Positions 26,541 to 36,364 of a DNA stretch of 64,000 nt are shown in pieces. The stretch is from Microthyrium microscopicum (lineage: Eukaryota). The stretch spans positions 917,373 through 981,372 of the forward strand of contig MU004241.1 in assembly GCA_010405405.1 (NCBI GenBank), written 5' to 3'. The translations under genes were made by a program, and so were the position numbers. Numbering within the stretch: the stretch's first letter is position 1; each line of letters starts with the position of its first letter. The notes below the pieces were generated by a model. The model had not been told where the DNA came from. It worked only from the letters and a program-made list of their open reading frames with translations, and searched no databases.

Positions 26541-27235
26541 ATGCGCTCCGTACTTCTTGCAACACTGGTCTTTGGCGCGAGCTCGCTCGCTGCCCTCAAC
26601 GAGCGCTTCGTTGATAATACCGGCCTTATACACAAACGCCAACAATTCAAACCCTCCACAACTACTGCTGAAGGTAGCACCTGCGCCGACGCATTCGGAA
26701 GTGGCTATGTAACTTGTAAGTGGAACCCGGCTATCACAACCGATCTGATACCCCAGACTGGGGTTTCAGCAACCAAACCATCACCCAAATCATACATACT
26801 AACAAAACCATACAGGCCGTGATGCCACCACCACTGCCAACCGTCTCTGCTACAACCCCGATCTAGGCCAGACCTGCTGCTCCAACAACTGGGCCTGCCC
26901 ATCAGGCGCCTTCTGCCTTGCCTCGGGCGCATGCTGCCCCAACGTAAGCAACTTTGCCTTCAACACCTATATATCAGATCACTAACACATCACAGGGCCA
27001 GTCGCCACAATCATGCGCAAACCAAAACGGTTTAACCGTCTCCTCTGATTTCCACGCTCCCACATCCGGACCACTTATCAGCAACAGCACCGTCTCAACC
27101 TCCAGCGCAAAAGCCACAAGCGCCAACGCCAAACCCTCGCAATCCGCTCTCCCCAGCAGCGGAGCCTCGTCGAATCTCGGCCGCCAAGCAGTCGGTGTAG
27201 CCGGTGCGCTGCTCGCTGGTGCAGCGCTACTATGA
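26541..27235 (+). CDS. Secreted Cys-rich, probably GPI-anchored cell-wall protein (CRoW/Prp4-like)
   Basis: Signal peptide, KR site; TCADAFGSGYVTC/R...LCYNPDLGQTCC...WACPSGAFC...CCP./G..CA; Ser/Thr stalk; hydrophobic C-terminal GPI signal; 2 introns. Confidence 0.82.
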
Positions 27236-27984
27236 CACGCTACATGAGCCTCTTGCCCAATAGACACCGCATGGCATCCAACGAAATCTTGTGAAAGCTA
27301 AGATATCCTTGGATCTATGAGTTACGACATGCATCAAAACTTTACTGGGCAACGAGATCTCAAAAAAACGTGTTACATCAATCTCTCGGTCAACGTCCCC
27401 CCACTGGCAAATCATGAACCCATTCTGCGAAACCGTCTTTATGCTAGCTGGTATATCTACTGCAACGAACTGACATTTTTTCTACAACCAACACATTATA
27501 TTCAATTCACCCTCCCTCCGTTCACGGAGTACCCCTTTTTTACAACTTTTCACCAGTGGGGAGCTGGGCTGCCAAGCATTTACCGTTGACCTCGGGATTG
27601 ATACAAACACGAACACACAAAATCGCGCGTCGCTGTTGTTTGCAAGAGGCATGTATGCTATTGTTGACTTGTTTTTGCATATATGTTTTGAGAAAAAGGG
27701 GGGGTGCGGTTTGAATAGGGCAGAGAAGATGAACAAAGGAGCTTGTGTATTCACTCGATATTGGTGTTTGTTGAATTAAGATATCCCTGGGGTTGTTGTG
27801 GGCTTGTTTTTGTAAATGGCACTGTGAGTGAAAGTGTCTTATGATATGTCTGATTGTAGTAGTGTATAATAATTATCAATATTGTCTTAATGCTGTCTCC
27901 TTCTGTGTTGTGGTTTGGTGAAGTAGTCTTGTTATAGGGTTTGCCACTCAGGGGTAATGTTTATTATGTTTTGATAGTGGTTGT

Positions 27985-28196
27985 CAACGGCATGGCAAAC
28001 TAAATGGCGTACTCCCATTAACTCTGACGGTGCCCAGACGCTACGGTCTGTTATCGAGTGCTATATTTGCCATAAAGGGCGTTCGAATTGGGAATGTTTA
28101 TCAGATACAATGGAAATTAAAGCACCTTTTAGTTAGCAGCGCTGATATTGCCATCAGAGTTGATGGGAATACGCCATTTATTTTGCCATGCCGTTG
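27985..28196. mobile_element. ~212-bp foldback MITE, family A, copy 1
   Basis: TIR CAACGGCATGGCAAACTAAATGGCGTACTCCCAT / ATGGGAATACGCCATTTATTTTGCCATGCCGTTG; flanking direct repeat GTTGT. Confidence 0.8.
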
Positions 28197-28573
28197 GTTG
28201 TTCAGCAGTTTTCTACTGTGCTTACTAGAGTATAGGACAATGCTAAGTTACCATTTTTGTCACGGTCTACTAAATATATTTCTCTAATGTCACAGTACAT
28301 CTTATCGCCTGACTACTCAATCCTAGTTAAATTTTTCATGGAAAGATATAGCCGGCAAGTTCTGCATCCAAGATTTATGTCACTGATGCTTTACAACCTT
28401 TTTCCAATTCCTCTTCGGGCAGTTTATAAAGACCATAAAACAAATACTCTTGCCCATACCAAGCTCCGAGCAACTCACCACACATACACATCTAGGTTCA
28501 ACATAAGAATCTTCAACACAACTCTTCGAAACAACCTGCATAACAACAATCGTATACACTTTCTCCAATCCAA

Positions 28574-29341
28574 ATGGGCCTTTGCGGTTCAAAAGAAGAC
28601 CACAGGTCTTCCCATCACGCCCGAAGCATCCTGGAAAATCCGGGGAGAATACGTCTTGAACCGGGCGACCCTAGGGAGGCTCACTACATGCAGAGGGGTT
28701 TGACTGCTAGGTCTGGACAAATGGGAATGCCTCCGCGGCCGATGGGACATCCCGGAATGGGAAGAATGCCTCCGCGGCCGATGGGACACCCTGGAATGGG
28801 GATGGGAATGCCTTCGGGGTCGATGGGACATACTATGCAAATGGGAATGCCTCAGGGGCCAATGGGACATCCTAGACAGATGGGAATGAATCCAAGAATG
28901 GGTCACGGTCACGCTGGTATGATGGATCAAGGTGGCAGAGCTGGTATGCCGCCTGGTATGTCGAGAGGCAATATGGCGCCAGGAGGTATGTTTGCAGGCG
29001 GTCCAGGTGGTAGGCCTGGAGGTATGATGGGTGGCATGATGGGTGGACAACGTATGTTCGAGGGGCCAGAATTTGGAGATGAGGGAGATTCTGAGGGAGA
29101 ATTTGAAGAGGAGTTTGAGGACGAAGAAGATATGATGGAAGACGAGAGATTCGGCAATCCGATGGGCGGGATGCCAGGTCCTATGGGCGGGATGCCAGGT
29201 CCTATGGGCGGGATGCAAGGTCGTATGGGTGGGATGCCAGGTCCTATGGGCGGCATGCCCGGTCCTATGGGCAGAATGCCAGGTCCCATGGGTGGTCATA
29301 TGGGTGGTCATATGGGTGGTCATATGGGAGGCTTTATGTAG
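28574..29341 (+). CDS. Met/Gly/Pro-rich low-complexity protein with N-terminal myristoylation/palmitoylation motif (paralogue 1)
   Basis: Intronless 255-aa ORF; MGLCGSK start; MGGMPGP and MGGH repeats; acidic block; ends MGGFM; paralogue 1.1 kb downstream. Confidence 0.75.
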   Translation: MGLCGSKEDHRSSHHARSILENPGRIRLEPGDPREAHYMQRGLTARSGQMGMPPRPMGHPGMGRMPPRPMGHPGMGMGMPSGSMGHTMQMGMPQGPMGHPRQMGMNPRMGHGHAGMMDQGGRAGMPPGMSRGNMAPGGMFAGGPGGRPGGMMGGMMGGQRMFEGPEFGDEGDSEGEFEEEFEDEEDMMEDERFGNPMGGMPGPMGGMPGPMGGMQGRMGGMPGPMGGMPGPMGRMPGPMGGHMGGHMGGHMGGFM

Positions 29342-29734
29342 ATGTTATACAAAAGGAGGCGATATACCAGACCTGATCAATTCTACAAGAATATGATCGA
29401 ACATTGTATACGTGACTTAAATGCCACATCATCTATCTAGTAGACTTTGCTCTATTATGCAGCTAGATCGAATTGTAAGACTGCTATGTTATGTATGACG
29501 GTAGCTATTATTTAGTCTCGTCTTTCGCAAAAAAAAGATGTCAGACACAACTACATAAAGCTTTCCATATAAACCGCTGATTAGCAGCTAAGTAACAGAT
29601 TGAGTTAACTCCTCTAGTCTCTAAACTTATACTGTCTTCAATTCACTCGACCCGGTTTCATTATTTCTATGAACTGATCTTCAGCAGTCTTTCAACTCCC
29701 ATATCACTGTTCTTCCATAATCTTCACTTACCTA

Positions 29735-30343
29735 CCATAGCGTGGGAGGGGGGGTAGAAGGAATAATGTCGAGTTGTCTTATTATAGACATTTTGGCGAC
29801 ATAATGTCCAAAATATTGGTTTATAGAGCCAATATTTCTTGAAATAAGATCATTTCTTAATGATGTCTAGTAAAAGAGTGTCTTAATAGCTAGGAAGGAT
29901 CACAATAGGAAACTAAGAAGGAGCAAAAGTAGTAGTAGGTAAGAATAAGAAAAGGAGAATCTTAGTAGTCTATATGTACTAAGATTGCAAAATTGTATAT
30001 TTAGTATTCGTAAAACTAGTAGAAGTCTATACACTAAATCTTGCTCATAAGTAAAATACGAGCCTAGCCTAAAACGTAAAGTAAAATACCGTAATTTAAA
30101 ATTATCTTAAATAAGTCTCTTTAGCAAAACTCTAAGTCTAGAAAATTGCCTATTTAGGCAATTTTTTTAGTTCCGTTTAATAGCTAGGGAACGATTTTTT
30201 AGAAAAAATAGTCTTGTTAGCTAGACATAGTACCAAAATCTAATATTATGTTTATTAAGGATGCTAGAAGAAGTACCTTTTCAAAAAATACTATAGAGAT
30301 AGTAGTAGACATTATTTCCTCTACCCCCCGTTGCACGCTATAG
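29735..30343. mobile_element. RIPed non-autonomous DNA transposon/MITE with TA target duplication (Tc1/mariner-like)
   Basis: TA|CCATAGCGTGGGAGGGGGGGTAGAAGGAATAATGTC ... GACATTATTTCCTCTACCCCCCGTTGCACGCTATAG|TA: ~35-bp imperfect TIRs; AT/TpA-rich interior. Confidence 0.8.
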
Positions 30344-30488
30344 TATTTACTCCCCTCGCACATTTAAAACCATGAAGGAGAATCTCTGCCTACATAAATC
30401 CTAGCTCAACAAAATTCGTCAACACAACTCTGAAGCAAGGGCTTTACCGAAACAACCAAACCTAAGACAGTTGCTTTTGCTCTTCAAA

Positions 30489-31127
30489 ATGGGCGCAGGA
30501 GAATCCAAGTACTATGAGGAACAAATGAATGCATTGGCCAACTGCAACTGTCATTCTCATGACCACTATGGCGCTCCAGGCTACGCCACAGATCAAGCGG
30601 GCCGCGATTATAGACGTGGTCTAAGCAGTGGTCATATACCTCATGGTCCAATGGGTCACCCGGGAGGGATGATGAGCAGACCCGGTGATTCAGGAATGCA
30701 AGATCCGCGTATGATGGGAATGGATCCCCGAATGCAGATGGGAATGAATCCACAAATGCAGATGGGAATGGATCCTCGAATGCAAATGGGAATGGATCCT
30801 CGAATGCAGATGGAAATGAATCATCGAATGCAGATGGAAATGGATCCTCGAATGCAAATGGGAATAGATCCTCGAATGCAGATAGGGATGGACCAACGCA
30901 GGCAGATGATGGACGGGGAGGACGGGGAAGATGAAGAGATGATGATGGGAGAAGGCGGATTCATGAAAAATCATGGTGCTGCTGGGCCTGGCGGGAACAT
31001 GCCGTCCGGAATGGATTTCTTGGGTGGTCGTGGTCGTGGTCGTGGACGAGGTCGCGGAGGTCGCGGAGGCCGAGGAGGTATGGATGGTCCTGGAAGGGCC
31101 ATGGGCATGGGCGGAGGCTTTATGTAG
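30489..31127 (+). CDS. Met/Gly-rich low-complexity protein with N-myristoylation motif, MGMDPRMQ repeats and RG/RGG box (paralogue 2)
   Basis: MGAGESK start in CAAAATGG context; 24-nt MGMDPRMQ-type repeats; acidic block; GRGRGRGGRGG; ends MGGGFM. Confidence 0.75.
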   Translation: MGAGESKYYEEQMNALANCNCHSHDHYGAPGYATDQAGRDYRRGLSSGHIPHGPMGHPGGMMSRPGDSGMQDPRMMGMDPRMQMGMNPQMQMGMDPRMQMGMDPRMQMEMNHRMQMEMDPRMQMGIDPRMQIGMDQRRQMMDGEDGEDEEMMMGEGGFMKNHGAAGPGGNMPSGMDFLGGRGRGRGRGRGGRGGRGGMDGPGRAMGMGGGFM

Positions 31128-31313
31128 AAGGTAGGGAGACAACTTGAAGACATCGAAGCGGTATTGAAAACTATCTCGAGTGTATAACTGAGGTAATGAT
31201 GAAGTCTCTGCTCGGCTTTTGGACTTCAATAATCATGTTTCAGCCGCCTTCTGCAAGTCATTGCTCGTCCCTAATTATCAAGTCCCGTGTATAAATATGT
31301 CAAGACTAATTGT

Positions 31314-31823
31314 TTACTGCTTAGGGAATAGGTCATAATAGTTTGGGGGCGCCTCGTTAATCATCAAGGAAGGATCGCTATTGATGGTAGTTGGTCGTGT
31401 ATCGCTGCTGTCTCTTGCATCTTTCTGGGCCTCTCTCCTCGTTGTTCTGCTGCCAGGTCGAGGCCTGCCAGGCGGATGTTTCGGTTGTTTCTGGGTAAAT
31501 GCTTCTTTGAGACTTTGGAGGAGATCTCCCAGTCGAAAATGTGCCAGTCGACTGCGTCCGACGACAGGTTTGTTCTTAAAAATAGGATCGCTATTAATGG
31601 TACTTGATCGTGTATTGCTGCTGTCTCTTGCATCTTTCTGGGCCTCTCTCCTCGTTGTTCTGCTGCCAGGTCGAGGCCTGCCAGGCGGATGTTTCGGTTG
31701 TTTCTGGGTAAATGCTTCTTTGAGACTTTGGAGGAGATCTCCCAGTCGAAAATGTGCCAGTCGACTGCGTCCGACTACAGGTTTGTTCTTGAAGATAGGA
31801 TCGTGACCTTTGGACGAGAGCAT
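31314..31823 (-). CDS. Hypothetical basic protein made of a 71-aa tandem duplication, with C-terminal PPxY
   Basis: ATG at 31823; 213-bp near-identical direct repeat that keeps the frame; ends EAPPNYYDLFPKQ. Confidence 0.55.
   Translation of the reverse strand: MLSSKGHDPIFKNKPVVGRSRLAHFRLGDLLQSLKEAFTQKQPKHPPGRPRPGSRTTRREAQKDARDSSNTRSSTINSDPIFKNKPVVGRSRLAHFRLGDLLQSLKEAFTQKQPKHPPGRPRPGSRTTRREAQKDARDSSDTRPTTINSDPSLMINEAPPNYYDLFPKQ
31373..31803. repeat. 213-bp tandem direct repeat (2 copies)
   Basis: GATCGCTATTRATGGTA at 31373 and 31586; the copies differ at only a few positions. Confidence 0.95.
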
Positions 31824-32031
31824 AGTGAAGTTAAAGAGGTTGAGATTATTTGGGCTTGAGATAGCGGCTTTAGACAACAAGTGTGCGCAAAACAATATCT
31901 TTGGATTCTGGGTACGAGGCTTTGACGTTATATTCTACACCCAGGCTTAAAATTTGGTTGCGTCGGACCCCTCCCCTAACGGTTTGACTGGTAGATTTGG
32001 CAGAAATTAGCCAATCATACATAGCCGTGCC

Positions 32032-32590
32032 TAGGGGAGTGGTAAACACGCTCCCGACACGCTGCCACGGCGCTGTCACGGAGCTGACATAGACCGGGAG
32101 CAAGGTGGAATATTCTAATTGGCTGATAATCTTCAGTGAAAGAATAATAATAAATCCAGGAGCTATCGGAGTTAAGGGAGCAAGCAGTAATGGACAAGGG
32201 TCGGGCACTATATATTCCGATTATGGGTAAACTTATTTTTAGATCTCGTATTATCCTTGTAAATCTAAGACGTAATTCTTATGTATAATGACGTATTAGC
32301 CTAGCCGTATGTAGCGTAGCCTAAGCCGTCATCTAGTCCTTTCCTAGTCACAACACCCGTTCAATTCCCGCAGTAGTAGTGAAAATAACATAAATTCAAA
32401 ATAGTAGACAATAAGTAAGTAGAAATGCACCTCAGCCAATATTGGTTAATTTCTTTTTTTGCGATTTTTTGGCTTGCTGACTAAGCACTTTTGACCAATC
32501 AAAAGATTTACAGATATAGCTGACACGGCCTTGACACGCTGACACGCTGACACGGTGACAGATTCTGTCACGGTGTATACACCAAACCCA
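32032..32590. mobile_element. Possible degenerate non-autonomous hAT-like element with GACACG subterminal arrays
   Basis: Clusters of (T)GACAC(G)/TGTCAC at both ends; weak terminal inverted match TAGGGGAGTGGTAAACAC vs rc TGGGTTTGGTGTATACAC; flanks GCCGTGCC/GCTGTGAC (6/8). Confidence 0.4.
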
Positions 32591-33201
32591 GCTGTGACAC
32601 GGGGCAATTAATTAATTTCGTGTCTACAGCGTGAATTACCTGTGACTGCGTCTCTCTTAGGCCCGGCCATGTATAGAGAATAGCTTGAGTTTTTGGGAGG
32701 CAGGCAACCGTTGCCTGGTCTAGGTCCCCAACTTGAGGTTTAGAAGAAGTGTAATTGGTTAGTTTCTACCACAACTACCACCACAGTGCAAATACGTTGG
32801 GGTCAGAGGGTCTGGCGTATTCACATCTTCAGCCTGGGTGTAAGCTTGGAGATTGCGACTGCTTGCGAATTGTGCTCGATGATTTTTTTGAGTCTCTTTG
32901 CTGCATCGCCTTGAACATTTGCTGCCTCGACAATTACAAATTCGATAAATTTCAGAACCTCGGCCTGCACATCCTCACTAGCATCATCCAGATAGTCCAG
33001 AAAACTGCTTATGTCCGGGCATGTGTCTCGTAGCACAGGAACACCTACATTGTCGAAGCCAAACTATGACCACTACTCATAGTAGACGTCTAGTGTTATT
33101 ATGGATTGAGTGCCACGAGGCCATTCGAGACATTCAATCATGCGACAGAAAGGGTTTTGTTGACCTATATCTGTCAGTCAAAAATCAGAATGGTGGATCA
33201 T

Positions 33202-33413
33202 CGACCGATGGACATAATAAATGGCATTCCCCGTCAGCTTCTTTGACTCCCATCCACTGCGATATGGTATCGATTACTTTGTATCCCATCGAGTATTCAA
33301 AATGATTTGTGGATACTCGAACGCGACGGGAATTTACAGAGTATGCTGTTCATAAGGTGCAGTGGTAGACATCGTACTTGACGGACGCGCAATTTTTTTG
33401 TCATCCACAGGTG
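33202..33413. mobile_element. MITE family A, degenerate copy
   Basis: Left arm CGACCGATGGACATAATAAATGGCATTCCCCGTCAGCTTC matches the family consensus; right arm decayed (..ACTTGACGGACGCGCAATTTTTTTGTCATCCACAGGTG); same ~212-bp length. Confidence 0.65.
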
Positions 33414-33511
33414 CGTTATTTCGTCACGTTGAATCGACTCGTAGGAGATTCCTACGATGTAGCCCTATCGCACTCTGATAGACATAGAATGCCAGGGGAG
33501 CAATCTGTGAC

Positions 33512-33793
33512 CTAGTGCAACGGCATTGAACGGAACGGCTGTTGGTTACCAATTTCTGGTACAAATTCAGAGAATTTGCTATGGCGAGGATGCAATTTTT
33601 TGCCATGGAACCGTCGAACCCATGCGTCTGTCGTGATAAGAGTGTCCTTCCATTTGGGGTAGGTTTCGGTTAGAGTATGTCTCGTAGCTGATAACATAGA
33701 ACTGAGCGAAAAGAAGTCTTTGGGTTGCATTTGATAGATTATCAAGAGAAGTATTTCTGGCTGCAGATGCAAGAGGCGAGGCGGCAGAGCCAT
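33512..33793 (-). pseudogene. F-box-like N-terminus, probably a truncated gene or pseudogene
   Basis: LLHLQPEILLLIIYQMQPKDFFSLS fits the F-box pattern L..LP.EIL..I...L...D...L; all frames close soon after and a MITE lies just downstream. Confidence 0.35.
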
Positions 33794-34096
33794 AGTGCAT
33801 ACTTATATTGATGGGCGTCTTATGGGGTTGAAAGTCACAGGAGTGAACAAAATCCTGTCTGGTCTTTAGGTTATCAACAGAAGTTGTCGTCGGAACATGA
33901 TCCATCTGTAAATTCTGAAATCCGACTTCTGCATAAATGGGCCTCGCGCTAAACTGTTTTAGGCTTACCGTACATTAGCACTTGACACTCTGATTGGGTC
34001 ATCGAGCAAGACCCTCATCGCGACCTTTAACCTCACCTCACGCTCTTTACCAAGACACGCAAGACCGCGCGACGCGCAGTGCTATGTCGAAGCTCC

Positions 34097-36160
34097 ATGC
34101 CGCGAGGAAGACCAAAAAATGTTGTCCCTCCATGCCAGTACTGCCACAAGCAGTTCAAGCGCCAGGAACACTTGCTACGACATGAACGCACCCATACGAA
34201 TGAGAGGCCTTTCACCTGTCAATGCGGTCAAGGCTTCACCAGACAAGATCTTTTGTCTCGTCATATGAATATTGCTCATAATTCTCAGCATTCGGAAACC
34301 GTCTCACAGGCTGTGCAAATGCCTGCAACTGGTAATGACCTGGAGACGGGGACAGTTGATTTCAATCTGTTCTGGAACCTCGACTTGATGGACCAAGACA
34401 TGTTACCAGCCTCCCTTTTTGACATGGAATTCTCTGACCTCGATTCAGCGAGGAGTCTAGAAGCGCCAAAGCAAGGAAACTTTGCTCAATTCAGCTCTAG
34501 ACTGCCGACTCTAGCTGACGTTGACAATGCCAATCAGGATGACATCGACGACGACGCTGACACGTACAACTCCCAAGAAGGCAGGCTACGTAACGGTGCT
34601 GAGAGTGAGCCTTGGGATCTCAGTCAGTCTTGCTATGAAGATCTACTTCGCGGAACGCAGGACTTTGCTATAGTAGTTCCTAGCGGATGCACGATACCTG
34701 CACAGACCACATTGATTCGATGTATGGAGAAATATCATCGATGCGTTCAAGAGTATCTACCATTCATTCACTCTGCAACCTTTCGAGTTGAGCACAAACC
34801 TGTCGAACTGGTGCTGGCTATGGCGGCGCTTGGGTCCCGATACCTGTTTGAGAAGACCCAGTCATACGAGCTATACTTCCTTGCCAAAGCAGTACTGTTT
34901 GAAAAAGTTCGGCGTGAAGAAGTTCAATCAGCTTCAAACTTTGTGTCTGGGCAGGATGTCTTCGCATGTAGTCAAAGTCAAAGCCTCGAAAGGTTACAAA
35001 CATTTATCTTGCTTCTTGACTTCGCCTCCTGGTCGACCAAGATGATCTCCAGGGATGCTCTTGCTATGGCCAATCAAATCGCGATTCTGGCCAGAGAGAA
35101 CGGGATATCGGAAACAGATGAAAAAGCAGAGAATATCCAATGGCTTGCCTGGATTGTCATCGAGGAAAGGCGCAGAACATTATACGCCGCATATGTGCTG
35201 GTAAACCTGCAATGTATTGCCTTCGACATCCCACCTTTGATTTTGAATCATGAAATTGGTTTATGCTTGCCAGGTTTCGCTGCACAATGGAGATCGGCTA
35301 GTGCTGATCAATGGGAGAAAGCTGCCTGCCAGCCCGATCGTGGTTTCAAAGTACAACTACGCCATCTCTTCAGTGATTCTACTTCACTGGAGGATACAAG
35401 TAACTCCACGTTCGCAAATTACTTGCTCATTCACGGAATAATTCAAGAAATGTGCAGAGAGTGCCACAAGTCCATAATCTCAATGCGTTTGGACAATGTC
35501 AAGCCCATAGAGACAGCACTCCGTCGATGGCAATTATGTTGGGAGAATACTCAAGAGTCCAAGCATGATTCAAATATGGACCCATTGTATGCTAAAGGAC
35601 CATTGGCTTTGACGGGAGCTGCATTGCTCCGGCTTGCCTACATTCGTCTAAGTTCTGGACATAATCCCAGTAAAAACCTGTTACTTTATCGAAATCCAGA
35701 CGCCATGCTACAGAGCACGAACCTATTGCAAAGATCCGAACAAACGAACAGAGCAGTCATTCATGCTGCGCACTCTTTAAGTATTCCTGTGCGACTCGGC
35801 ATCGCCTTTATGACAACCACCAAAACAGCCATTTCCAGCTTGGAGCAATCTATCTGCAGCTTGGAGAGCGCTATATTTCTCAAAAACTGGCTGGAGTTGA
35901 TTTCAACTACAGTAAGGATATCAGGGCCCAACGATTTGAGCAGAGTTGAAAAAGGCCTCCTGGGAATTATCACGGATATCATCAAAGGCACTCCCTTGGC
36001 CAACACACTGACCATCATGGAAGACTACGGATCACATATTCAAAGAATGGCTTGTACAGTGATCAAAATCTGGGCTGCTATATTTCAAGGCGTAAATGTT
36101 CTCGATATGGAAAACGACATTGGAGCTGGTCTTCAACTCCTGGTGGACTCCAACCGATAG
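34097..36160 (+). CDS. C2H2 zinc-finger transcription factor (Adr1/AmdX-type fingers) with fungal-specific TF domain
   Basis: CQYCHKQFKRQEHLLRHERTHTNERPFTCQCGQGFTRQDLLSRHMNIAH; YLPFIHSATF, W.AWI..EERRRTLY, IPPLILNHEIGLCLP. Confidence 0.9.
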   Translation: MPRGRPKNVVPPCQYCHKQFKRQEHLLRHERTHTNERPFTCQCGQGFTRQDLLSRHMNIAHNSQHSETVSQAVQMPATGNDLETGTVDFNLFWNLDLMDQDMLPASLFDMEFSDLDSARSLEAPKQGNFAQFSSRLPTLADVDNANQDDIDDDADTYNSQEGRLRNGAESEPWDLSQSCYEDLLRGTQDFAIVVPSGCTIPAQTTLIRCMEKYHRCVQEYLPFIHSATFRVEHKPVELVLAMAALGSRYLFEKTQSYELYFLAKAVLFEKVRREEVQSASNFVSGQDVFACSQSQSLERLQTFILLLDFASWSTKMISRDALAMANQIAILARENGISETDEKAENIQWLAWIVIEERRRTLYAAYVLVNLQCIAFDIPPLILNHEIGLCLPGFAAQWRSASADQWEKAACQPDRGFKVQLRHLFSDSTSLEDTSNSTFANYLLIHGIIQEMCRECHKSIISMRLDNVKPIETALRRWQLCWENTQESKHDSNMDPLYAKGPLALTGAALLRLAYIRLSSGHNPSKNLLLYRNPDAMLQSTNLLQRSEQTNRAVIHAAHSLSIPVRLGIAFMTTTKTAISSLEQSICSLESAIFLKNWLELISTTVRISGPNDLSRVEKGLLGIITDIIKGTPLANTLTIMEDYGSHIQRMACTVIKIWAAIFQGVNVLDMENDIGAGLQLLVDSNR

Positions 36161-36360
36161 AAAAAAAAATGGTGTGCCCCCATCAACTTCGATGGCTCTC
36201 ACATAACACGCTCTAGTATTGAGTGCTTTGTTCACTATATAGGGCCTTCAGACTTGGATATTTTCTCGAGTGTGACAGAAAATATAACACCTCCTAATTA
36301 AAGCGTTCGTGGGAGCTAGCGAAGTTGATAAGAGAACGCCAGTTTTTTGTCATGCGGTTG
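36151..36360. mobile_element. MITE family A, copy 2 (overlaps the TF stop codon)
   Basis: CAACCGATAGAAAAAAAAATGGTGTGCCCCCATCAACTTCGATGGCTC ... GAGCTAGCGAAGTTGATAAGAGAACGCCAGTTTTTTGTCATGCGGTTG. Confidence 0.78.
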
Positions 36361-36364
36361 GATG

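Noticed and set aside
28589..29323. His/Trp-rich antisense ORFs over the Met-rich genes (also 30690-31229)
   Set aside because: Mirror frames of ATG/GGN repeats; the sense frames carry the conserved termini.
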